Sequence record: NC_049462.1
DNA length: 64,000 bases
Reading direction: 5' to 3' (one strand)
Origin: Klebsiella phage Magnus
Below are positions 54,210 to 63,148 of this stretch, piece by piece; positions within the stretch are counted from its first letter, which is position 1; every line of letters begins with the position of its first letter. The notes under the pieces were generated by a model, which saw nothing but the letters and a program-made list of their open reading frames with translations, was not told where the DNA came from and searched no databases. A program made the position numbers and the translations under genes.

Positions 54210-54896
54210 ATGAAACGTTTAATCCTTGGGGTGCTGCTGGCTGGACTGGCGCTCCCCGCCGCTGCCAAACTGAACTCCACAGGTGAGAAACTGTGGGAAG
54301 ATCTTTCTTACTGTGCTGGATGGTCTCAGGCTGTCGCCATAGACAAGACTGGTTCTATCGAGAACTTTTCTGAATTGTGGAACACAGGCAACGTATCTGA
54401 CGCTGTTGTCAACGCCGGAATTGAATTTAATCGATACAAACAAGGAGCCTATAATCTTAAAGGCTACCTGAATGACGATAAATTCAACAAAGGTGGGATG
54501 GATGCCTCAGATTTGATCATGACCGGGCGTATGGGGACGGCAGGACGGATTCAGGTTAGACAATGCCGTTCTCTCCCCATCCCGGCGCTTCAGAAAGGTG
54601 TCAACATCGGGCGTCGCCATCTTGATCTCATTAATGATGGGAACCAGTGCGTCAAAGTATTTGAATACAGTGCCGATCAGATCAATGATCCTAAATTGAA
54701 GAAAGAATGGCGGACACGCGCTCTGGAACTTCGTGCTTGGCTGGTCGACAATGATCGTTATCATCAAGACCGGGTTGATGCCGGACTGAAAGATTTATCG
54801 ACCAATTTGTCTGTGAATCTGGATGACCCACGACTGTCCCGGGAACTTCAGCAGACTCGTATTGACTGTGAAAATATGATGAAGGAGAACGAATGA
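54210..54896 (+). CDS. secreted/periplasmic protein (228 aa; signal MKRLILGVLLAGLALPAAA)
   Basis: Sec signal peptide. Confidence 0.5.
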   Translation: MKRLILGVLLAGLALPAAAKLNSTGEKLWEDLSYCAGWSQAVAIDKTGSIENFSELWNTGNVSDAVVNAGIEFNRYKQGAYNLKGYLNDDKFNKGGMDASDLIMTGRMGTAGRIQVRQCRSLPIPALQKGVNIGRRHLDLINDGNQCVKVFEYSADQINDPKLKKEWRTRALELRAWLVDNDRYHQDRVDAGLKDLSTNLSVNLDDPRLSRELQQTRIDCENMMKENE

Positions 54897-55240
54897 TGCG
54901 TGTGAAAAAGTCGACTATCATAATCTTCTACCTGGCATTCGTTGCAGTCTTTGTGGTCTGGGCAAGCAATGCGTTGGCAGTCCCGGCGAACAATCTGAAC
55001 AAATGCGCTGCATGGCTGTCAACGTATCAACAGTTCCATCCTGACGATAAAGATACTTCTATTTTGCTTTCCGATTTTGAAGGTGAAATGAAACGTTTGG
55101 ACCAGTACAGTACTGACCAGATTGAGAATGCTCTGGATTTACCAATGATGGATTCCGCAGCAGATAACAGTCACCAAACTGCTGTAGACCTGTCATATTG
55201 CCGTGAGATTGCGATTAACTTTACCCGTAATCAAAAATAA
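54893..55240 (+). CDS. secreted protein (115 aa; signal ...VVWASNALA)
   Basis: Hydrophobic N-terminus with an ALA| site. ATGA coupling. Confidence 0.45.
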   Translation: MMRVKKSTIIIFYLAFVAVFVVWASNALAVPANNLNKCAAWLSTYQQFHPDDKDTSILLSDFEGEMKRLDQYSTDQIENALDLPMMDSAADNSHQTAVDLSYCREIAINFTRNQK

Positions 55241-55289
55241 AATCGGGTTAAAATTTAGGCTCTAACTGAAAATGACCGGAGTACTTTAA

Positions 55290-56030
55290 ATGACCGACAA
55301 CGAAATTGCCCAGATCATTAAGCAGCATTCCCGTTTTGCTCCGGATGCTGCTAATGTCATCATAGTGCACAAAGACGGACGTGTATTCTTTGCTGAAAAA
55401 TTTGAGCAAGGGAGCCAGTTCTGGGATGCGAGCACGATGCTTCCACGTACCCTACAAGGTATCATCTACTCCTGTTCTCTGGTAGCGAAGCGGAGCGATG
55501 CTGGTCATTGGGTTAGTGTTAATGATCTCGGTGGCATTATGGGTGGAAAAGAATATCCGACCAAACGCTCCCCGCCGCCTTATGTCAAAGAACAGATGTC
55601 CAAGATTACCAATCGTCCAAGACCGACCCCGAAAGCACCGAAATTCGAAGTCGTTCCTGCAACGGCGGTAGAAACAAAACCAGCCAAAAAGGATACTGAT
55701 TGGCGTTCTGGATTTATCGGGGTTAAAGAATTGGATCGCGAACGTAATCCTCGCAATCATCCATTGTTCGTGTCAATACGGACTGATGGTAAAATCATCC
55801 TGAGCAAAGGTCTTCTGGATAAAATCGATGGTAATTTTGATTTTCTGGTGTCTAAGGATCGGAAGGTCATTGCCCTGGTGAAAAACGGTTCTATGTATAA
55901 TATGAACAAATCGGGGAATTACTCTCACAAAGGTCTGCCCAAGTATCTCAAGTTCCCAGAAGATTCCGGTACAGTTCGAATCTATATGGACTGGGACCAA
56001 GAAAAGAACGCATTTATCGGCAGTCTATAA
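55290..56030 (+). CDS. hypothetical protein (246 aa)
   Basis: ORF. Confidence 0.5.
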   Translation: MTDNEIAQIIKQHSRFAPDAANVIIVHKDGRVFFAEKFEQGSQFWDASTMLPRTLQGIIYSCSLVAKRSDAGHWVSVNDLGGIMGGKEYPTKRSPPPYVKEQMSKITNRPRPTPKAPKFEVVPATAVETKPAKKDTDWRSGFIGVKELDRERNPRNHPLFVSIRTDGKIILSKGLLDKIDGNFDFLVSKDRKVIALVKNGSMYNMNKSGNYSHKGLPKYLKFPEDSGTVRIYMDWDQEKNAFIGSL

Positions 56031-56047
56031 TATCGGGGCGGTTATAA
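56028..56047 (+). terminator. hairpin ggcgg-ttataatga-ccgcc + tctttgatttg
   Basis: Short GC stem with a T-rich tail. Confidence 0.35.
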
Positions 56048-56078
56048 TGACCGCCTCTTTGATTTGAAGGAATATATT

Positions 56079-56789
56079 ATGCACAATGTAACAAAACTCT
56101 ATCCGATCATTATCGGTGCCGATCAAGGGCACCTGCATTTATCTGAACCCTCATATATCGCCTATGCCCGCGCCGGGGGATCTCGATATGTATATTGTGA
56201 ACATGACCATGGGCGTGGTACAGGCCTCCTTCACTATACGGTGAACGACACTACAATGGTCCCTCTGGCCCCAGAAGACGTCGTGTTGGCCCGGCGCATT
56301 TACATTGAATTTAATGCAATGCACAACAACGAAATAGACGCTCGTTATCATGCCATGCGTTCTATGGAGGGGCGAGATTGTATTTATCGTATTGATCATT
56401 TTTCTGAATTTAGCCAGTCTATAGATTGGTTCATTTCTGACAAGATCTTGGGTGAAAGGATCATCACAACTCCTTGGGCACATGCCGAACAACTTCGTGT
56501 CTCCACAGACGCATACAAAGAAGTTGATACCCTGTGCAACAAATTCCGCATTTCTGTAACCTGCAACCAGGACCTGGGTGAAGAGATCCAATGGAAAGCA
56601 CAGTCCCCACATTTTAGTGATATGGAAATGTGGGCTGAAACCCGTTCCCGTGCTGTTGTTCAATTAGTTCTGTGGGCATTCTACCAGCGTACCCCATTCT
56701 CTTACATGGGGCAGAAAACGATTGATGAAATTCTGAAATCTCATAAAGTCGAGATTGTTGAAGATTTAATGGGTTGGAGCGCATTATGA
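56079..56789 (+). CDS. hypothetical protein (236 aa)
   Basis: ORF with SD 'aaggaa'. Confidence 0.5.
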   Translation: MHNVTKLYPIIIGADQGHLHLSEPSYIAYARAGGSRYVYCEHDHGRGTGLLHYTVNDTTMVPLAPEDVVLARRIYIEFNAMHNNEIDARYHAMRSMEGRDCIYRIDHFSEFSQSIDWFISDKILGERIITTPWAHAEQLRVSTDAYKEVDTLCNKFRISVTCNQDLGEEIQWKAQSPHFSDMEMWAETRSRAVVQLVLWAFYQRTPFSYMGQKTIDEILKSHKVEIVEDLMGWSAL

Positions 56790-57061
56790 GCATGCTATTT
56801 GATGTCTATCTGGTTCATATCGCCGCTAGTCAATCCCAACGTTCTTTCTTCGTGCTGTTGCCAGCAGATAAAGGTATGGGTATTGATGACTTATCTACCC
56901 TGGAGCACCAGTTCTTCCAACGTTGGAAAGACTTGGGGCACCTTGTTAATTTCAACAAATTGACTGATGAGATCGCCGCGCAAGAAAGTGACGGTCTTCG
57001 ACTTCTTTCACGGTCTGAATTACAACTAATCAGGAGTAAACATGAGCAGCCGTATTTTTAA
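56786..57061 (+). CDS. hypothetical protein (91 aa)
   Basis: ATGA overlap with the upstream gene. Confidence 0.35.
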   Translation: MSMLFDVYLVHIAASQSQRSFFVLLPADKGMGIDDLSTLEHQFFQRWKDLGHLVNFNKLTDEIAAQESDGLRLLSRSELQLIRSKHEQPYF

Positions 57062-57368
57062 TCTAAAATTCCGCGTTTGGCACGTCCCTCAGGTGCCGGG
57101 GAAAATGTTTACAGTTGAAGTTCCGACGTATGCTGAAGCTGAACGTTTGAAATCGTCGCTGGCTGATTATGATCTGTTCCAGTATCAGAACAACATCAAA
57201 CCAGATTATTGCAACGCCAGCGGTATTCAGATTTATCAACACGACCTAAATGATGCCGAGTTGATCGAAATGGGCCTTGAAGATCGTTGGGTGGATATCG
57301 AGGATGACAAAGATCTGCAGGATTATCTAGATCACCTCCGTTCTACTGGTTGGGAAATAAAATCATGA
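57042..57368 (+). CDS. hypothetical acidic protein (108 aa)
   Basis: ORF. Confidence 0.4.
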   Translation: MSSRIFNLKFRVWHVPQVPGKMFTVEVPTYAEAERLKSSLADYDLFQYQNNIKPDYCNASGIQIYQHDLNDAELIEMGLEDRWVDIEDDKDLQDYLDHLRSTGWEIKS

Positions 57369-57679
57369 CCATGATCAGTTCATATATCGTTCAAAAGGGT
57401 GATACCCTTATGGGGATCTGTATGAAATTTTATTCAGATCCATACATGTATTCAGATATAGCGAAGTACAACAATATCATTGACCCAAACAAAATTTGCG
57501 TCGGCCAGCTGATTAAATTCCCCCGGCCTGTCAATGACCCACAAACAGTCGTTATCCCGGTAGAACCCACTCAGAAATGTTTGGATGCTATCGCAGGCTT
57601 ATTCCAGGAAGGATTTTGTGATGGTCGTATAGAAAGAGATATTTATGCCGTCATAGTGAGTTCGGCTCTGAACCAATAA
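57365..57679 (+). CDS. LysM-domain protein (peptidoglycan-binding; no catalytic domain visible)
   Basis: 'YIVQKGDTLMGICMKFYSD...IAKYNNIIDPNKICVGQLIKFP' matches the LysM pattern. Confidence 0.55.
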   Translation: MTMISSYIVQKGDTLMGICMKFYSDPYMYSDIAKYNNIIDPNKICVGQLIKFPRPVNDPQTVVIPVEPTQKCLDAIAGLFQEGFCDGRIERDIYAVIVSSALNQ

Positions 57680-57796
57680 TTTATTGGGAATCGGCAAATA
57701 AGTGCTTTATTCAATAATTTTTGTTAGGTAAGCTGTAATCCTCTTGTAGTGAACACAGAAGTAAACGTTTAACATAAACCAACTGGAGTAATCCGA

Positions 57797-58075
57797 ATGA
57801 ATCGTCAAGATTTTATCGCACATATCGCCCAAACTCAGGGTGTGACCAAAACCGAAGCTGAAAAAACTGTCGCGTCCTTTATCGCTGGTATCAACTCTGC
57901 CGTCGCTGCTGGCCAATCCGTTCAACTCGTCGGGTTCGGCACCTTCGAAGTGAAACATCAGGAAGCCCGCGCTGGCCGCAACCCGCTGACCGGAGCTGCG
58001 CTGACAATCGAAGCGAAAAATGTCGTCAAATTCAAAGTCGGCGAAACTCTGAAAAACGTCGCCAACGGCAAATAA
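57797..58075 (+). CDS. HU/IHF-family DNA-binding protein
   Basis: 'LVGFGTFEVKHQEARAGRNPLTGAALTIEAKNVVKFKVGETLK' is the canonical HU arm signature. Confidence 0.75.
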   Translation: MNRQDFIAHIAQTQGVTKTEAEKTVASFIAGINSAVAAGQSVQLVGFGTFEVKHQEARAGRNPLTGAALTIEAKNVVKFKVGETLKNVANGK

Positions 58076-58124
58076 AACAAATTCGGCCAGTACCAGGCGC
58101 ACTGCGCAGGCAGGTACAAAGAGG

Positions 58125-58150
58125 AAGCCGGGGTAATCCCCGGCTTTTTC
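58125..58150 (+). terminator. terminator aagccgggg-taat-ccccggctt + tttcgttc
   Basis: Perfect 9-bp stem plus U-run. Confidence 0.65.
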
Positions 58151-58200
58151 GTTCTTGGGATTCGGGTAAACTATACTGACACCCCCAAAGGAGAAATCAA

Positions 58201-59922
58201 GTGACAGCATTTAACCAGCATGCCAAAGCGCTGGATACTCTTCGCAGAGAAATACCGATAGAAGAAATCCAGAAATTGGCCGAACGATATTTTCCATATG
58301 ACCACGCCAACCCCGGCCAAATGGAATGTATTGTTGAAGCCACAGATGCTTTGGCCAATAAGAAATTCAAACACGTGATTATCGAAGCTCCTACCGGAGT
58401 CGGTAAATCCCTCATCGGCACAACTATCCATCAGGTGTTGCGCCATCTTGTGCTTGAAGCAAACCCCTATGGCCAATTCCGTACATCCATTTCCACGCCG
58501 ACCAAAGGTCTACAAGATCAGTATGCGGCTGAAAAGGCTGTTGCTATCGATATCCTGAAAGGCAAGAAGAATTACCGCTGCCATATGCACCCGGATATCT
58601 ATTACAACGCAGTGCAATGCCGTATCGCTTGCCGGGATGGGCATTGTAGTAAGAGGCGTTGCCCCTATGTCCAGGCACGTAATCTCTGGACCAACATCTC
58701 TTCATTACGCTGCACAAACGCAGCCATGATGATAGAAATGTGCACCACCATTTGTATGAAGCCAGAAAACCGGGCCGACATGCTTATTTTGGATGAGTGC
58801 CATAAAATGCCCTCTACGCTCCTGGACCATACGATCATGGAATACAATACGAAGGTATTGGAAGGACTGAGATCGTTGCCTCAGGGGAAGGATATCGTCC
58901 AGGCAGTGGTTGAGATTGTATCCCATTGCAAAGACTATGAATTGGGCAAGCTGTATTCCCTTGATGGTTATCTGTTCGACCGTTTTGTGGACTTGTTAGG
59001 AAAGGTGGAAGCCATTTTAACAGAACTGCATGAACTCGTTGAAGATGACCGCCTGACCGAAGCCCAGGTAATGAAGCTGGCCGATATTATCGACACCCTC
59101 CACAACCTATCTGACTATTGTGGTATCATGTCACAGACCCAGGCGAGTACATTTATTGTACAAGAGAAAGGAGAAGAATTCATCCGCTTCAAACCTGTTA
59201 TGGCATCGGATGTGTCTGAATTCGGCCTTTTCCGCAAAGCCGATTATCACGTGCATATGTCTGCAACCATCTGTGGTATTGATGCGTATGCCCGCTCCTT
59301 GGGTATTCGCCCTGGGCAGTACCATAAGATACAGATAGGGAACCCGATCCCGATTGAGAATCGCAAAGTCAATTACATGCCGGTTATGAAAATGACCAAC
59401 AACATGGGTGACTATGAGATGCGTCAGCTGGCCGGGTTTGTTGATGAGATCATCCAATTCCACCAAGGGCAATCCGGCATCATTCATACGGTGAGTTATG
59501 ACCGGGCGCTGGCGATACAGAAGTTCAGCAAATATCGGAACATCATCCACGTACCCAGGACCCGCAAGGCTCTGATGGAACTGATGGATAACGCTTTCCG
59601 TACGAAGACGCCTTGCATCATTGCCAGCCCGGCTATGGAAGAAGGATATGACTTCAAAGGGGATTACAGTCGTTTCCAGATTCTTATCAAGGTGCCATAT
59701 GATTACCTTGGTGACCCATTAGTTGCGCATATCAACTCTGTGGACCCATCGGCGTATTTCCGGAATGCCATACTGCGTATCATACAAATGTGTGGGCGTT
59801 CGGTCAGGGGCGTGAACGACTGGGCCGCGACATACATCCTGGATTCGTCATTTGAATCCTTGATGATGCGCAACCCAGAGTTCTTTCCAACTTGGTTTAC
59901 CGAGGCAGTGTTTGAAGTTTAA
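58201..59922 (+). CDS. DinG/XPD(Rad3)-family FeS DNA helicase
   Basis: Walker A 'APTGVGKS'. 'LILDECH' is the DEAH-type box. The cysteine cluster 'CHMHPD...CRIACRDGHCSKRRCPY' lies between helicase motifs I and II, as expected for the 4Fe-4S domain. GTG start with SD 'aaggag'. Confidence 0.7.
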   Translation: MTAFNQHAKALDTLRREIPIEEIQKLAERYFPYDHANPGQMECIVEATDALANKKFKHVIIEAPTGVGKSLIGTTIHQVLRHLVLEANPYGQFRTSISTPTKGLQDQYAAEKAVAIDILKGKKNYRCHMHPDIYYNAVQCRIACRDGHCSKRRCPYVQARNLWTNISSLRCTNAAMMIEMCTTICMKPENRADMLILDECHKMPSTLLDHTIMEYNTKVLEGLRSLPQGKDIVQAVVEIVSHCKDYELGKLYSLDGYLFDRFVDLLGKVEAILTELHELVEDDRLTEAQVMKLADIIDTLHNLSDYCGIMSQTQASTFIVQEKGEEFIRFKPVMASDVSEFGLFRKADYHVHMSATICGIDAYARSLGIRPGQYHKIQIGNPIPIENRKVNYMPVMKMTNNMGDYEMRQLAGFVDEIIQFHQGQSGIIHTVSYDRALAIQKFSKYRNIIHVPRTRKALMELMDNAFRTKTPCIIASPAMEEGYDFKGDYSRFQILIKVPYDYLGDPLVAHINSVDPSAYFRNAILRIIQMCGRSVRGVNDWAATYILDSSFESLMMRNPEFFPTWFTEAVFEV

Positions 59923-60686
59923 TAACCAGCAATAAATGACAGGCGACATTTGAGATTCGGTGCCAGGGATGTCAGGGATATGATCATATCATCGCTGTCC
60001 ATACTGTACTCAATTGTCGCCAGTTTCTGGGTTTGAACATTGTTGTATTCACTGTAGATCAAGTCCTCACCACGGAAACCGATTTTTCCATCTGTATCTT
60101 GCCAATGACCTTGTGTTTTGTCATACACATGGACACGGAATTCTACCATATGGAAAAGCGCTTTCGGTATACTTTTCAATATACTGGTGCCCACGACTGG
60201 GATCTCAATATTTGAATCATTGGCCCCGCCTTCATAAACTGGCGTCCAATTGAATATAGGATCACCACCAGCGACCGGAGTCCTTTTCCAATATTGGAAT
60301 TCCGGGTTCCCTGAATCGTTTTTCTGCAATAATATGACTTCGCCACCTGTAAAATTGGTGGTGTCAATATCGTCTCTTGCTAAAATATCCGCCGGGGAGC
60401 CGATAAATTTCCAGCCATCACGATCCAATAATGACTTATAATAGTCTGTGAAAACGTTGCTGTCGCCAGCATTGTTGATTGCGTCTTTGAGACCTTCTCC
60501 TGTGACCATCTCATTGACTTTCAACCACATGTTTTTGACCGCAGACGCTGCCGCAACCTGGCCTGGTGTACCGCCTGCAGTGTAGTCATAGATGATGTCT
60601 ACATTCTGTATTGCGGTATGTATGGACAGGAGAAGTCGTTCGATTTCAGCTGCGGTTAAACTGAAACGATAAGAACGTTCAGCCAT
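59919..60686 (-). CDS. reverse-strand hypothetical protein (255 aa)
   Basis: Minus-strand ORF. The internal Met 'MAERSY' has SD 'agga' 7 nt upstream. It is divergent from rnh. Confidence 0.45.
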   Translation of the reverse strand: MAERSYRFSLTAAEIERLLLSIHTAIQNVDIIYDYTAGGTPGQVAAASAVKNMWLKVNEMVTGEGLKDAINNAGDSNVFTDYYKSLLDRDGWKFIGSPADILARDDIDTTNFTGGEVILLQKNDSGNPEFQYWKRTPVAGGDPIFNWTPVYEGGANDSNIEIPVVGTSILKSIPKALFHMVEFRVHVYDKTQGHWQDTDGKIGFRGEDLIYSEYNNVQTQKLATIEYSMDSDDMIISLTSLAPNLKCRLSFIAGY

Positions 60687-60727
60687 AATAATGTCCTCAT
60701 GATAAACAAGTTTGGAGTATTTATATC

Positions 60728-61267
60728 GTGATTGAAATTTACACTGACGGCGCTTCATCGCCACAAACCACACAAGCGGCGGGATGGGCCTTTGCAGTCA
60801 GCCCGATTTCTGGCGGGGTACAATGGAATGTATTCTATGGTTATTTGCCGCCGCCTTCCACAAATAATATAGCAGAACTCTTGGGCGTTATTAATGCTCT
60901 GAAACTCCTTTGGAAATTTTCGGGTTGTGGTGAGCGTAATATTCCCAAAGCGACGATTATATCTGACAGCCAGTATGTCATCAATAGTGCCACCAAATGG
61001 CGTTCGAAATGGGAATATGAGGGCATGCCTCCCAAGAATACTGAATTGCTTCTTGATTTGTTCAATATGTATGACAAAGTTTGTTCAATTTGTGAACTTG
61101 AACTAAAATGGGTCAAAGGTCATGCGGGTACAATCGGCAACGAAATTGCGGATCAGTGGAGTGTCCGGGCCAAAGAAAATAGCAGTATGGTCCTGGAAAA
61201 TGAACGATTTCGCGTCAAGAAAGTCGTCGGTTCATTCAATCAATTTATCGGTATCTCTGAGGGTTAG
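60728..61267 (+). CDS. rnh: RNase H (type 1, rnhA-like)
   Basis: 'IEIYTDGAS...TNNIAELLGVINAL...ISDSQYV...WVKGHAGTIGNEIADQWS' carries the RNase H1 DEDD motif residues. GTG start. Confidence 0.75.
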   Translation: MIEIYTDGASSPQTTQAAGWAFAVSPISGGVQWNVFYGYLPPPSTNNIAELLGVINALKLLWKFSGCGERNIPKATIISDSQYVINSATKWRSKWEYEGMPPKNTELLLDLFNMYDKVCSICELELKWVKGHAGTIGNEIADQWSVRAKENSSMVLENERFRVKKVVGSFNQFIGISEG

Positions 61268-61270
61268 ATC

Positions 61271-62041
61271 ATGGGCATGAATTTCGTAGACAGAGGGGAA
61301 AACGTCACCAAATATTTCACTGACGAAGACAATGAGCGTGTCATCGCAATATTACGTGACTGGATACCCGGAAGGAAAAAGGCGATAGCCGAAGGGAAGC
61401 CCCTACCCAAGATCCCAAATTATGTGGCCACTAAAGTCCATATGATCATCCAGAAAATGAGTACCCGCTACAACTACAGAGATTATCCTTTCCGTGAAGA
61501 TATGGTGAGCGATGCCGTCGCCAATATTCTTCGATATTTACACACCTTCGACGTCAGCCATGTCGGCAAGAAAGGGAAGATCAATTTCTTCTCTTGGGTC
61601 ACCATGTGTGCTGATCGTTCATTCGCCCGCAAACTGACAATCGAAGAAGAACACACATATATCAAATTGCGTTCATTCGAAGACGCGGGTGGCTTTGCGG
61701 CGTTCAGTGATGATCCGGACTTCCAGACTCAGACATTTGTTGACAACACTGGGATTACAATGGATTTTCGTGAGCGCATAGGCCACTTCGAAAATAAGAA
61801 AGAATCACAGCGTGAAAAGGAAAGACAAAAACAAGCCGACCTCAAAGAAGACGAAAAGAACAAAAAGATTCCAAAAGGTATACTTCAATGTCTTCGTGGA
61901 CCACAAAATAATGCTACCGCACAGGCCGAAGATGATTCAGAACAAGACTTCGGCAAAACCCAATTCAGCCTTGAAGAAATAATGGATAGCCCTACGCTGC
62001 TATCCGAATTATCAGGAGAAAAGAATAATGGCGATTGCTAA
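61271..62041 (+). CDS. 55: late-promoter sigma factor gp55
   Basis: 'VIAILRDW...VATKVHMIIQKMSTRYNYRDYPFREDMVSDAVANILRYLHTFD' vs T4 gp55 'LLQAIIDW...[45 protein letters not shown]'. Confidence 0.65.
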   Translation: MGMNFVDRGENVTKYFTDEDNERVIAILRDWIPGRKKAIAEGKPLPKIPNYVATKVHMIIQKMSTRYNYRDYPFREDMVSDAVANILRYLHTFDVSHVGKKGKINFFSWVTMCADRSFARKLTIEEEHTYIKLRSFEDAGGFAAFSDDPDFQTQTFVDNTGITMDFRERIGHFENKKESQREKERQKQADLKEDEKNKKIPKGILQCLRGPQNNATAQAEDDSEQDFGKTQFSLEEIMDSPTLLSELSGEKNNGDC

Positions 62042-63146
62042 GATCGGCGATTTACACATCGGGAGCCGCAATGGCTCTCGTTATGTTCGTGACTTCATTA
62101 AGAATTATCTCATCAACTATTTCATTCCTGAACTCGTTGATGCCGATATCAAAGAAGTCTGGCAATTCGGTGATACATTTGATGTCCGCAAATTCATGTA
62201 TGGGCGCGACAAAGATTGGCTAAAAGATGAGTTGGTCCCGGCTCTGCGCGCTGCTGGTATCAAATGGAATGGTCTGATCGGCAACCATGACATTACTTTG
62301 GAAGAGTCCAACCGCATCAACTGGCCTTCTTATTTGGTTGAACTTGCTCCCGATGTCTTTACTTACTACTCAGAACCGACGGAAGTTATGGTCGAGGGCA
62401 AAAAAGTTCTGGTGCTCCCGTGGATCAACAAAGAGAATTATGCGCGGTCGGTACAGATGTTGCAAGACACTGATGCAGAGTTCTGCTTTGCACACCTGGA
62501 ACTGGCTGGTTTCAAAATGTATCAGTCCTCCACTTGTGACCATGGCCAGATCGATTTGTCTCTGTTGAGTAAGTTCACTCGTGTAGACACAGGACACTTC
62601 CACACCCGTTCGTTTGAAGGGAATGTTCAGTACCTGGGAACGCCGTATCATCTGACATGGGAAGACCACAAAGACGGGGATAACCGTGGATTCTACGTGG
62701 ACGACCTGACAGAAGGTGGTGAGCTGTTCATCCCCAACAACGCCAGCCAAACTCTATTCCGGTATGTGGAATATGATTACACCAAACTTTCATCTGATGA
62801 CGAAGGTAATTGGATTGATCCGGAATGGCTAAACACCAAGTTGGGTATTGAAGGACAGATCGTTAAGATTATCGTAACCAATCGCGATAATTCTAAACAT
62901 TACGAGAAGTTCTGTGATGCGATGAAGCGCTGTAAATGTATTGACTACAACTTCATCGATAAGACCGTGACCGTTTCGGCTGAAAAGGTTGAAGTCACCG
63001 AAGAAATGATCGCGACCGATGCCGTGGAAGTTCTGAAGAATGATATCCGCGCTGCCGACAATATCCAGCGCCCAGAATCGGTCTGTAAACTGGCCGAAGC
63101 ATTCTATACAGCCGCCCAACAACGTCTTAATACTCTGGATGCATAA
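62028..63146 (+). CDS. 47: recombination endonuclease subunit gp47 (Mre11/SbcD-like)
   Basis: 'IAKIGDLHIGSRNG' is the phosphoesterase motif I and matches T4 gp47 'ILNLGDWHLGVKAD'. Gene order is 55-47-46. Confidence 0.8.
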   Translation: MAIAKIGDLHIGSRNGSRYVRDFIKNYLINYFIPELVDADIKEVWQFGDTFDVRKFMYGRDKDWLKDELVPALRAAGIKWNGLIGNHDITLEESNRINWPSYLVELAPDVFTYYSEPTEVMVEGKKVLVLPWINKENYARSVQMLQDTDAEFCFAHLELAGFKMYQSSTCDHGQIDLSLLSKFTRVDTGHFHTRSFEGNVQYLGTPYHLTWEDHKDGDNRGFYVDDLTEGGELFIPNNASQTLFRYVEYDYTKLSSDDEGNWIDPEWLNTKLGIEGQIVKIIVTNRDNSKHYEKFCDAMKRCKCIDYNFIDKTVTVSAEKVEVTEEMIATDAVEVLKNDIRAADNIQRPESVCKLAEAFYTAAQQRLNTLDA

Positions 63147-63148
63147 CG

